The notes beneath the pieces are model-generated. The model was not told where the DNA came from, did no database searches, and saw nothing but the letters and a program-made list of their open reading frames with translations. The translations under genes and the position numbers were made by a program. A stretch of 63,594 nt of DNA, the filler included, from Klebsormidium nitens (taxonomy: Eukaryota > Plantae > Klebsormidiophyceae), in assembly GCA_000708835.1 (NCBI GenBank). It is 6 parts of 6 records of this genome, joined end to end, with 100 filler letters (N's around TTAATTAATTAA, not from the genome) between each part and the next. Parts side by side here need not be neighbours in the genome. Positions count along the whole stretch, not along the records: positions 1 to 16,085 come from DF237101.1; 5 more parts are not named here. One strand, given 5' to 3'. The first letter of the stretch is position 1. Every line of letters begins with the position of its first letter. Positions 1-11,087 of this stretch are shown one piece after another.

Positions 1-669
1 AAATGGTAGGAAAAAATCCGGGAAAATGCCGCCACTATACCACACTACGGTATAGTATATACGGTTCTAGTACGATAGCCGGAAGAAGTCTCAAAGTTCA
101 CATGCACTACGTGTCCATCAACTAACCATCTGTTGAACGGCATAAAATCTGCCAGCCACAAATCCCCCCTTTTCGGTGAGGCTCGCTGCCGCGCCGCACC
201 AAAGGTCGCCCCGAGAGCCACCGTACAGGTACGGTCAATAGCTAGCTCCAGACCTGCATGATCGCAGTCATGAGGCTTTGCCGTCCGAACAAGAATTGCC
301 GTCCGATCGCGAGCAGCGCGCGCAGATTCACTGAGTCGTCAATCAGTCCCCGAGCCTGTTTGCCTCGTGTCACTGGAATGGACACCTCACCGTCCGATTA
401 GCTTCAGGCGGTTGCAAGATATGAAAAAGGCGGGCCCTGACTCGGCTGTCTACCTTCTACTGACTACACTGACTAGCTCGGCAGGGATGGTGCAAGTTCT
501 TGGGAGCTTCCGTCTGAGTCGGCACTTTAGAGGCTTATAGCAGATTCTAGAAGAGAAAAGAAATCCACGTAAACAGTTTCAGAGCAAAGAGAGGTTCTTG
601 CACAAGACGTTCAACTGGTCTGGCTGCTCGCCGAACGTGGAATAATAACCAGATCACTCTCTTCCTTCA

Positions 670-2240
670 TTTATTCCAGACTTGAGCTCCTCAAGCTCAG
701 AGCTTCAGAAACCTCTCAGTTTTTGGCAAACATGGCTTGATCAGCGCCTTCAAGCCCGTGTACATGTCGCCCATGCCTGCCTGGCGCGCTGGCAGCAATT
801 TCAGGCTGTAAATACTGTCTTGTTGAGAGCCGCAGACCTTGTGCTTACAAGAGCTGATGTTGAGGTCAGCCATTGGCTGCTAGCACAAGCACTTTGCAGC
901 AACTTCCAGGAGAGCTTCCGTGACCTCTGACCTGCACCTCGTTTGAAAGAGGTGAGTGCGCTTCTTTGCACGAGTTCCGATCATGGTCAAGGTCTTTGAA
1001 CCACACGCGCCAAACGGGGTCCAAGCTATTCTGGATTCTATCAACCCTAGCTGGCTGGGTCAACCTTGACTGGCCGCACACATGTTGAGCTAGCCAGCAG
1101 GTATAGGTCTGAGCTTGGGAGATGCCCGGGAGATGTTTGGAGCTGGTGTGGATCACTGGTTCTCTGCGTTGCCAGTGGTCTGTATCTAGATTTGCCCAAT
1201 GCTGCAAGGGATGATGCATGTGAGTGTTGGGTTCGAAAATGGCAACAGAACATGCACTGCACATCATTGCTGATCTGACGTGCTTCTCAGCGCACACTTT
1301 TTCTTAAACGTCTGTGATGACGATTTTCAAAAGACCTAGAGGCCCTGCTAGTTTCTCAGTGCGCCTGCCATTTCCGGTTGCTCACCTCTGATGAAGTGAA
1401 CACTATAGGTGTCTAAGCTGGCCTGCCAGCATGCAAGCATCGACGATGCATGTCCTTCTATCTCGCTCATGCTTGGTGTTAACATGTATCTTCCTTATTC
1501 AACTCTTATTGGTTGGCAGACCCTTCTGAACTCACCTTGCAGTGTGCTTCTTGCAAGTTCATGTGCTGGACCTCATTGAATGCTCAGAGGCTTTCGAACT
1601 TTTTGTGCAAATTTCGCCGGCATACAAGGCCAAAGCCGTCATTGGTGGACTCAACAACGAGAACGGTTCTTGTGAGTAGCTAAAGCACTCTTCCTGGTAG
1701 CCTAGAGTTTCAGGTAGGGTCTGAACAAGTCATAGTACATGCAGCTCATCTGTCCACGTTGTCTTCATTGTCAAGATCTGGCCTCTAAGTAATCTGATAA
1801 GTGACCAGATGAGTGACCAGTTATCCACTCAAAGCACATAACTTAGAATAGAAGAGGCTTCTCATCAGATTGACAAAGTGCTTGAGCTGGCTGCTGATCA
1901 GCACTCCGAGCAAAGTCCAATCGTCCAGGCTGTCCAAGGCGTCCGAGCTGTGGGCTAACTCTTCTTGATTGTCTGGAATACTGACGTCAGCAATTGCTAG
2001 CTAGCTCAGTTCGAGTTTGGCTTGAAAAGATTCTGGACATACCAAGTGCTGACGTCATAATTCAATCCACCAAGCCCGCAAGCCCGCGACTCATGCGCAG
2101 CTGGGCGCTCAACCCTCACAAAGCAATTGTGGCACGTCGAATAAGCAATCATTGCCTATTAATTCCACTCTGCAGCAAACTCGTTTGTCCACCTCGAGCA
2201 AACTGAGTCGAGCTTTTTCGAGGAACCGAACATGACAGGG
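670..2240 (-). pseudogene. Heavily degenerated protein-coding remnant, unknown function
   Basis: Minus-strand frames give protein-like text broken by isolated stops (e.g. FLEKARLSLLEVDKRV..., IPDNQEELAHSSDALDSLDDWTLLGVLISSQLKHFVNLMRSLF, VTEALLEVAAKCLC*QPMADLN). No family recognised; boundaries approximate. Confidence 0.3.
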
Positions 2241-3857
2241 CGCCTCACGTAAGCGTCACTGTTTAATGTATGCAGCAATACTCTTGACAATCAGTGGTAG
2301 CGTCAAGCGGCCACCCGGGGTCCGCTTCATTGATCGGAGTGGACAGCGCAAGTCCAGCCTCAGCCTCGGCCCCACCTTCGGCTGCAAATGCCCTCGAGTG
2401 ATAGAACGACTATGGACAGCGGAGAAGGAGACTTGAGAACGGAGGTGAGCCAATACTCTAATCTGCGAGGCTGCGTGCAAGCTGTTTCGAATTGGCGATG
2501 CGAGTGGCAACTCAGAATCTCTGAACTGACATTGTTAGTAGCTGTTGGAAGTTGCTTACAAGCTGTGTGCGCGCAAGGTGCAGGATTCATGTGGGCAAGA
2601 TATAAGGCACCTGAATACACCAACAGTAGAGAGCTTAGGCAGGGTTTCAAACCCCGGCGGAACAGGCTGCAGCAAGGGCACTAGCTGGCTGCCGTTTGGC
2701 ATCCGATCAGATTGTTGATTGTGAGCAGATTTTTCCAAGTCTTTAAGACAGTCTGATCAGATCTGACGTTGGTTGCGTGCAACTCTGACTTACGAATCAA
2801 CATTTTGGCCGCTAAGCTGGTTGTGATCAATATTCGAAAGGCAATTGGGCGCGCATCAGATTCTCGATGAATGTCCCACTGGTTGAAGGCTTTTTCAATC
2901 CACCTGGACAGGGAGATTTTGCAGTCTGGAGCATACTGTATTGCAACCCTCTGGACTCCGTTTTTCCGAGAGGATTTTATAGTTGGCTTGCGAAAAGTAC
3001 AATCCAAAGCGTATCAACGCGTAGCAGACTGTTTTCAGACGAGACAGAGCTTCTAAAACCCCGGACTGGAAGTAGGGCCGAAGTGCATTGCCACGGTGGT
3101 CCGCGAAAGAGACTTCTAATCTTTCAGAAGAAACTTTTATGCACACTCAGGCGTTCATCTTGATCGATTGTGTCTTCTCTCTTTTCTATCAGGAGAATGG
3201 CAATACGAGCATTGAAGCAGACTCCGACGGAGAGGACATAGAGGACGTGGAGTTCAATCGCGAGGAAGAGTCTTCCGACGAGGAGACCTCGCAAGACCGC
3301 CGGTTTCTGGATGATTCATCGCAACCTCCCATTGCCCCGGTCTCAGAATACGCTCGGACGGACGCGGAGCTTGGGCAATCGGACACGGAGTCGCAGGTTC
3401 GATTCCAGGGGGGGCGCAAGCGCACCAAACGCGTAGATGACAGCGATGAGAGCGCAGAGCCCCCGCCCTTCAGGACAGGCCGTCGTAGAGTCACGATGCC
3501 GTCCGACTCGTCATCCTCGTCTGACGAGGGCGTGCAAGCGGCAGGTGAAGCCACTGAGTCGAGCCCTGAGGTCAGAGACCAGTCTGCCACGTCGAGCGAG
3601 TGGGGCGACCGTCCTGATTACGACGATCCTACGTGGGACTGGGACGATGAGGGTGATTCTGAGGAGCTGCGCGAGTTCTTTGGGGTCTGCCGCATCGATC
3701 TCGGGTTCGAGCGCGATTGGACGGAGTTGGAACAGGTACGCCCGCTCTCTGCAATTGAAAGTTTTGCTTGCTATATCTGAAAGTTGTTCAAGCTGTACCT
3801 TTTAGCGCTCCCTTTCAAGAGTGTAGACCCGGAATCATCAACCGACCGCAAACAGGT

Positions 3858-4271
3858 TGTCTAAGTGTCCAAGGTTTTGCCAAAGTTTTCTGGGGGGACT
3901 TTTTGCTGACGTCATCGCACCAGTTTCTCGACGACACGTCAACAAAGTCTGAACAATGAGACAATTCAGATACCCGCCTCAGTTTCTGATGCTCCCGTCA
4001 CTTTCTTCAGAAGACAACCTAGGCTCGATACACTGTCCACATGTCCAAGGTTTTACCAAAGTTTTTGGGGGAATTTTCTGCTGACGTCATCGCCCCAGTT
4101 CCTAGACGACTCTTCTACAGAGTCCGGCCAACCGGACGGTCCATAATCTGCTGAAAGCTTTGGCGTTCCTGTGCTTTCGACACTTCCCTTGAGAGACAAG
4201 GCTCGATACAAGTGTGTCCACGTGTCCAAGCTTTTGCCAAACTTTTCTGGTGGGAACGTCTGCTGACGTCA
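3858..4271 (+). repeat. Three degenerate copies of the ~81-bp TGTCCAAGTGTCCAAGG...TGACGTCA repeat in intron 2 of the primase-helicase
   Basis: TGTC(C/T)A..TGTCCAAG heads at 3858, 4034 and 4215; TGACGTCA at 3907, 4082 and 4264. Confidence 0.85.
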
Positions 4272-6456
4272 CCTTGTCTTCCGATGAGGCACATGCTTGA
4301 GTGCAAGAACTCGGCTTGATAAGGGTAGGCTGATCTAAAATCCTTATGTTTCCTTTGCAGGGACCGAGCCCGGCTGTTGAGGCCCCTATATCGACGATCG
4401 ACCCCGTCCTGGCCGCCGCTCATCATTTCCACAGCCTCGGCGTTGTGACCGTCACCCACGACCTCTTCGTGAAGAAGTTTTCAAACGGTCAAGTCCGGAA
4501 GCAGCCATGCAATTGGGCCTCTGACAAGTCTTGGAAGGAGGCAAACCTCGGCAACTGCCTCCAAGAGTTCGCCAAGCCTGGGCGCAACTCCATCGCCATC
4601 GTCATGGAGCAGTCTGACATCTATGCGCTCGACGTGGACGTCAAGGACGGGGGCTTTGAGGCGCTGGAACGAATGGTCACGGAGAACGACGTTTTTCCGG
4701 ACGACACGCCCCACGTAATCACCGGCAACGGGGGGCTGCACCTTCTCTTTTTCTTGTCTAAATTTGAGGAGGCTGGCCTGCTGAACTCCAGCAACGGGGC
4801 CAGAATTCCGTACTCGGGCGAAGCGGTGGGCATCGACGTACGTGGTAGGGGCGGAATGCTGTACACCGCTCCCAGCAGCTACAAGGGCCTTGATGGCACG
4901 CGTCGGAGCTACGAGTGGAAGGAGGAGATTCTGCCCGACCGCTCTAATCTTCGGGCCGTTCCAGACTGGCTCATCCGCATCTTGAACGGCAGCGGCGAAG
5001 CGCCAAGCGGACGTGGGCGGATGGCTCGGGATGGGGATGGGGCCCGGTACGTGTGACTTGATGCTTTTTTCATTCTGCGTCAGACGGATGTTTGATACGA
5101 GAAATTGATTGATTCGGCATGTGGTTTTAGTTGGTAGAGCTGACTGAGCATGTCCTAGTTGTCCATGCTTCAGCGCACCTTTTTGGTGTCTTGAAGAAGT
5201 GACGTCACCAAATTAGGCGATTGAAAAGCATCATTTATCTCACCTCTCCACGCTTCTATAGATTTGGGAGGGTTAGCAAGACCGTTGAAATGTTGTTCGA
5301 GCCGCTGGAAATATCTCATTGATTGTTGCAGTCCTCTGCACCCGCCTCCACTTGCAGGGTATCAATCGATGATGGCCACTAGACCTTGTGAACTGGCTAC
5401 CAGTGGCGCACATGCCACGCTCCTCTGATTGGAAATTCGGGTCCGTATGATGGGTTTCAAGCGCACTGCCCGATCTGGCTTCTGCCAAAGACTCGATGTC
5501 TCTCGCTCTTTGTTCACAAAGTCTACTTCTGATCCGTTCTTTTAAGGTGCTAGCAACTACAATCGAGTTTTCCGGGATTCTGACAACAAAGCGCCTTGCT
5601 TTTATGCAGTGAGCCGCAGGGTGTACCGTTTGGACCTCCTCGTCCGATCGAAGACCCTCAGCTGGCTCCCCCAGCAGCAGTCCTGGAGCGCGTCAAAGCC
5701 TGTGTGGCTTCCACTGGCGACACCGCCTCCCGGTTCGATCGCCTCAAGATGGGCGACAGCGGGCCAATCTACGTCTTTCGAGTGGCTGGGCCCCGACGCT
5801 GCCCGTACGGCAATCACCACGACGGTTCCAACAACTTCTCCGTGCTCGTGCGCAAGAGAGACGTGCTCTATTGCTGCAACAGCTCGGAGTGCCAGGGGGT
5901 ACGACCCTTGCTCAAGATCGGAGAGCTCACGCGCTCGGAGGCGGTGGGTGGAGGCGAGATTCGGGCTTTTAGTGCTGCCGACGCCAGCGCGATCAACGGC
6001 CTGCACAAGAGATTCGTGGACGCCTGGGCCTTCAAGGGAGACGTAGGCGGCAGCAAGATCGTCGCTGAGATGTACGCAAGCTGCAGCAGGTGAGAATTCT
6101 ACGAGATCTTGCATGAAAAGTCACTTTGGATCTTTCTGATCGTCGACGGCTCTTTCTGGACACTTGGACAGTATGCGGCAGCCTTGGATCGATACTCTGG
6201 TACTGCTCTGTTAGCGGTGAAGTGTGTTCTTGGCTGCTTGAAGCATTCACACTTAGCCAAGGGGCTTGGGGAGCCTCTGCAATAATGTCTAGGGTTGCGA
6301 GAATTGTTCAGCAGAGGGTGCGAGCAGCTGACATTATCATGATTCATCATCCCGTCTTGGCGTCTTTGTCTAGGTGTCCAAAGTTAGATTCTAGCAATCC
6401 TCAGATCTGCTTGGACACATAGGCTGCCATTCGAGAAGCTTCCATCTTAGCCGGTG

Positions 6457-6600
6457 TGTCCAAGTGTCCAAGGTCTACCACGAACTTTTTCGCGACCATC
6501 GATTGCCGACGTCATCAGATTGGAGCCAGTCTCGGTGTGTCTAGCTGTCCAGAGTCTGTGACAAACTTTCCGTGGCCGCCGAGTGCAGGTCTACGTCATC
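6457..6600 (+). repeat. Two tandem degenerate ~81-bp units of the same family in intron 4
   Basis: TGTCCAAGTGTCCAAGGT at 6457 followed by cGACGTCATC; second decayed unit from ~6538. Confidence 0.75.
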
Positions 6601-8584
6601 ATTGTGCTTTGCTCTGCTGGAAACACTTATGGCCAATCTGAACCGTTTGGACACTGGAGAACGCGAAAGAAATAGACCTTTTACGAACCCTGGTCGAGGC
6701 TCGTGTGAATCAAGATCTCGCTTATGTCAGCACTTAGATCGTTCATTTGCCCTTCTGCAGGCTGCGTTTTGATGGAGAAAGCTGGTGGTATTGAAATGGG
6801 AGGCGCTTCGTACGCTACAAGAAGAGCGTCTTCTATGTGAAGAGCGTGCTTATCAATCAGCTCAGGACTGTCTATGCGCGAGTGAGGGACGAGTGGAAGG
6901 TATCTATCGAGAGAACCACTGTCGAGAAGGAGCAAGAGGCGTTAATGGAGCAGCTTAAGCGCCTGCGCACCTACACAACAGCCGAGAGATCAGCAGTACG
7001 CTGGACCTCCTCCGCGGGGAGTTGGTCGATTTCGACTTTGCTCAGCAGCTGGATGCAGATCCAGACATCTTGAACGTGAAGAATGGAGTGCTCCTTCTGA
7101 GGACCGGCGAGCTCGATGTGCACCGGCCCCAGTACATGTGCTCCAAGATTGCGGAGACGGACTTCATGGTAAGCTTCCTATGCTGATTCAAGGAAAACTG
7201 AGCAACTTGCTTCATTGACTAGCTGACACGTTACGAGAGCTGGCGGACTGTTCATGGAAGTTGCACCAGTATGAATCTATTCAGTTCTAGGTTCACTTGA
7301 TCTCAACATCGAGAACTGTGCTTTTTCACTGTCGGAGACGTCGGATCTGACAGTGTAGCAAAGGACTGAATCTATCGGTGGCCCTGCATATCGCCCCCCT
7401 GCCGATTGACACATTGGTCGCATCCTTGCCAGAGGGTTCTACAAGTCAGTTTCGAGCTTTAAGCCACAAGGAAAACTTCTGCTCCTCTTCGGTGGGACCG
7501 CTTCAACACTCACCCATTGCTAATACCTCAACCTGATCTTGTTCCTTGATCATTCTGCAGGAAATGGAAAGGGTGCCCTGAAGGAGATGCCGCAGGCCGT
7601 GATCGGTGATTACTACGGCACTATGTCTAAGGACGCGGTCGTCACGGCTCCTGGCCAAAAGGCCTCCTCTAAGAACGCGCCTACAAACCACATCTACGAG
7701 CCGATGGGCGTGCCGCTTGCCGTCACTGACGAGACGGCGGAGAAGGAGCAGGTGGACCTGGATCTCGTCCTGGCGATGACAGGGGGCGGCACAATAGAAG
7801 CGCGGTGCCTCTACTCCAACAACGTCGAGTTCGCCATCACGCACACACCGTTCGTGCAGACAAACTACCCTCCTGCAGTCTCTGCAACAGCGATCAAGGG
7901 CAACGTCGTGCGCCGAGTGCGAGCGATCCCGTTTTCCAGCACATACGTCGGTGCAAACGCTTTCGACCCCACAAACGCAACCCACCGCCTGAGAGACGAC
8001 CACTTGAAGGAACGCATGAAGGAAGAGGAGTCGCGTCGGCAGATTCTTTCTTGGTTAGCTCGCGGCTCGGAGGAGTGGTACGCGAGTGCAGACGGCCTTG
8101 GTTCCCCACCATAGGCCGTACAGGATGCAACGGACGAGTACCTGCGGGAGGCGGACAAACTCCAGTTGTTCATCGACCAACATTGCGAGGTCGGAGAAGG
8201 ATTGTCGACACTGCAGGCTGCGTTCGCAGCCTGCTATGGGCAGTTCTCCTCCGAGAGGATCTCCTATGAAGAGTTGAAGAAAAGGATGGATACGAAGGGA
8301 TTCAAGAGGGCCAAGAACAATGATTCGCCACGGCAGTTTTACTATCCGGGAATAAGGTGCTCTTACACTACTTGATACGGTTCGTTGCTTGCATAGCATA
8401 ACAAACATGGTAATGACAAAGTGACTGCAATTCATACGTCCGACGAGCTCCACATCATTTTGATTAAATTGAAACGGATCTGGTGCATGCTCGTCGGATC
8501 TATAATCTGCTCTTGTCGAATTTAGTGTGTGTGTTGACAGTACTTGTATTTTCAAGGCTTAACAACCACGATTGCATTTAACGA

Positions 8585-8702
8585 TTTCCATGTGATGATG
8601 TTATCAACAAATGTGTTGGTCGAAAGTTTTGCTTGGATCGATGGATGACGTCAGCAATGAGCGACCGCAAAAAGTTGGTGCCAGACCTTGGACACTTGGA
8701 CA
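8585..8702 (-). repeat. Repeat-family unit plus flank; direct repeat of 13688-13794
   Basis: TTTCCAT.TGATGATGTTATCAACAAATGTGTT...TGACGTCAGCAA..GCGACCGCAAAAAGTTGGTGCCAGACCTTGGACACTTGGACA is present at both sites. Confidence 0.85.
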
Positions 8703-8782
8703 CGGCGGCGAGACATGCATGGCGGCGAGATACGCCCGCGCCGTTGCTGTTGCTCATTGAGGTCGTCTCTTGACTTTTGCAG

Positions 8783-8952
8783 TTAGTGCGCGGAAGGAGG
8801 CGGAGTTACAGAAAGCGCTGCAAGAAGCAGGGCTGAACTTGATAACAGGAACGTCGCCGCTAGCACGCTACAATCCTCCGTTCATCCCAGACTTCCTCAG
8901 GACGAACGAAGTTTTCCTCCCTGTCGAGTACGGGCTTCTTGTCCAGCCGTGA
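8783..8952 (+). pseudogene. Orphan terminal-exon-like ORF
   Basis: TTTTGCAG acceptor followed by VSARKEAELQKALQEAGLNLITG...PVEYGLLVQP*; no upstream exon identified. Confidence 0.3.
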
Positions 8953-9239
8953 TTAGCATTAGCATTTCTATCAGGGAGCGAACGAGGTAAAGGATGCGCT
9001 TCATAGATCGGCGTACGTGATTTGAGTGGCTGGCCGCATCTTCAAGGGAGTTGATCGGGCAGAACTGCCGCCTGTTGCCTCCTTCAACAGCATCGGCTAT
9101 GTTGGAAGCTTTTGCGATCGACCTGTGCTCACGTTTACTTACAGGGTGCAAGTGCAGATTGTGTAAATAGCTTCTGGCCACGAGTCTAGATTTTGTCGAT
9201 ACATTGGCTGGCCGAGTAAACAGATTGCTCTTCCTGCAG

Positions 9240-10158
9240 AGATGGTGTACGACTCTTCTGATGTTGACTGACAGGGTCCACTCGCTCATTCGCGTTCGAT
9301 CTTATCAGCTGTGCACACGATCTGTCGGTATACGTTGTATGAACTTGAAGTGGTCGACTCCTTTGCAAGACAACCCTTTTGTCTGGCTCATGCGATACAT
9401 TGATCCTTTGAAGGATCCGGATCATCGTACGTCAGCCAGTGCACAAGCAACTGGCATGCATGAATATGGTCTACTTGTCTCGCGAGCTAGGGCAATATAT
9501 GTTCTTTCCAGTGGCATCATGCGTACGTCTTCCAGGTTGGAAACTCAGACGGCGGCTGATTGCATGCATGAAGAGTGGCGACGATTGTTCGAAAGCCGAG
9601 GAAACTCGCTCGTGCGCCAGCTAAATGCAATATACATGAGCGCTCGCACATGTTTTGCAATGTTGTATACACCAACTTGTGTCGAGATTTGTACGCTCCA
9701 CTTGGGCCCAAGCTTTCCTCCATCAAGTTCCACCTCTTTAAGGCCAACAAAGTGCTCGAGCAGCCATTGATGCTCCCATGTAAAGTTGATCCAGACTGGT
9801 CCTATCAATATGCGGATGTAAATGTCCAGAAGCAGCATCCGTGGCAGTCTCAAGCTGATCTCTTAGCAATGTCCAGTAGGACTGACTTTTGCTCCATTGG
9901 ATCGGAGCAACTGGCTCGAGCTCTGACATGTCTATCATCGTATACTTTGCAGATCTATGTCCCTTGCATCACTCAGGTTTCAAACTGTTGCCCGTGTTTC
10001 CGGATGCCGAACTCGAGTTCTCAGCGGCCTGCACAGCAGACGGATGTTTAAGAAAACCGCTGCTTGGGAGGATGAGTGCAGATCGCAAAAAAGGACGCAT
10101 GTTGGCCATATTGTTCATAAAAGGGACTCGATTACCAAAGCGAATCCCAGACTTTTAG
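9240..10158 (+). pseudogene. Degenerate gene of unknown function, convergent with the 308-aa ORF
   Basis: Protein-like overlapping frames (e.g. CNIHERSHMFCNVVYTNLCRDLYAPLG; DLCPLHHSGFKLLPVFPDAELEFSAACTADGC...RIPDF*) with acceptor-like sites; stop at 10158. Confidence 0.3.
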
Positions 10159-10160
10159 TC

Positions 10161-11087
10161 CTACGACCAAGATAGATAAGTGTAAATGAAAAAAATTGAC
10201 TGGACTGGGGACGTACTTGCGGACACCATGATCCGTCTTAGATAGTCCACAAAGGACCGCCAGGCGTTGGTTCTTGAAGGATCTATGAAGAGCTTTTGGA
10301 CAGTGGCCCAGGGGCGCCTGGTCAGCAACCTGGCCTGGTTAGTCGTGCTGTGAAAAATTGCATTTCGGAGTGCCCTAAGGTAGATCCGGATCAAGATCTC
10401 TTGATCCCCATCGGACAGCGGTTGGTTGTTCTGCAACATCCTCGTCAAGGTCTGGAGAGCCAACTTGGCCACGGGAGTTCCATTGCGGGAATAGCGGTTG
10501 GCAGGGTGCAGAAAAGCTGCCGCGAGCTTCTTGGCCAGGAGCTCTTCATTAGTGTCAGACGCATTATATAAGAGACTCACAGCCTTATTCGCCATGCTCG
10601 CTTGCATGATCTGCTCTACAATCTGAAGTCCTTGCAGATAAGATACAGGCGCTGCCCCAGCAGCTTCCTCCCAAAACGCTGACATGCGCAGATCTCTAGA
10701 AAGGGTCCACTTGAAGCGTGAGTCGACCACCATCTCTTCATAGGTTCCCCCCAGTGCGTACATATCGAACAGATCGATGAGCAGACTAGCATCTTCCTTC
10801 CACTTATTAGTCATTCCCTGCATTTCAAATCTTGCATAAGCACTAAATGCTCTTCCTTTGGGTGAAGCTTTCATGATTACAGCCACACTGGGTTGATCAA
10901 CCAGACAATCCATCACCAAGAAAAGAAAGGACTGAAGAACGTCATATTGCGAGTCAAGCACACGCACCTTTGGGTCAAAGTCCCCCAAGAAATGGAAGAG
11001 GGATCCAAGGAAGGAGAGCGGGGAAGGGTCAGCCTGCAGCGAGACAAGACTGTCAGTGAATTCGACGGATCTTCTCTCTTCATACAA
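10161..11087 (-). CDS. 308-aa open, helical-looking ORF; probable 3' part of a larger decayed gene extending to ~12750
   Basis: Long open frame in otherwise stop-rich DNA; upstream minus-strand protein-like fragments with stops at 11640-12733. No family recognised. Confidence 0.55.
   Translation of the reverse strand: MYEERRSVEFTDSLVSLQADPSPLSFLGSLFHFLGDFDPKVRVLDSQYDVLQSFLFLVMDCLVDQPSVAVIMKASPKGRAFSAYARFEMQGMTNKWKEDASLLIDLFDMYALGGTYEEMVVDSRFKWTLSRDLRMSAFWEEAAGAAPVSYLQGLQIVEQIMQASMANKAVSLLYNASDTNEELLAKKLAAAFLHPANRYSRNGTPVAKLALQTLTRMLQNNQPLSDGDQEILIRIYLRALRNAIFHSTTNQARLLTRRPWATVQKLFIDPSRTNAWRSFVDYLRRIMVSASTSPVQSIFFIYTYLSWS

Larger units (their letters stand above)
2388..8375 (+). pseudogene. 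Spliced primase-helicase: acidic N-terminus, Prim-Pol domain, UL52/PrimPol-like Zn finger, D5_N, SF3 helicase; pseudogenised
   Basis: GT-AG exons 2388-2444, 3193-3735, 4361-5046, 5610-6089 and 6761-7168 join in matching phases; last exon 7561-8375. Motifs: YALDVDVKDGG...TGNGGLHLLF (Prim-Pol), RRCPYGNHHDGSNNF...YCCNSSEC (Zn finger), QLDADPDILNVKNGVLLLRTGEL (D5_N), GNGKG / AVTDET / VQTNY (SF3). Lesions: TGA 6792-6794, frameshift near 6990, TAG 8112-8114, and a phase mismatch implying a lost exon with the first half of Walker A. Confidence 0.9.

Noticed and set aside
34-56. ACTATACC/GGTATAGT 8-bp hairpin with CACTAC in the loop (rolling-circle origin or CACTA end?)
   Set aside because: No HUH Rep, no nonanucleotide consensus and no partner TIR; an 8-bp stem can arise by chance.
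3189-3590. Antisense and alternate-frame ORFs over the primase-helicase exons
   Set aside because: Shadows of GC-rich coding exons.
10161-11087. 308-aa ORF as a viral major capsid protein
   Set aside because: Composition looks alpha-helical, with no jelly-roll-like pattern or capsid motif recognised.
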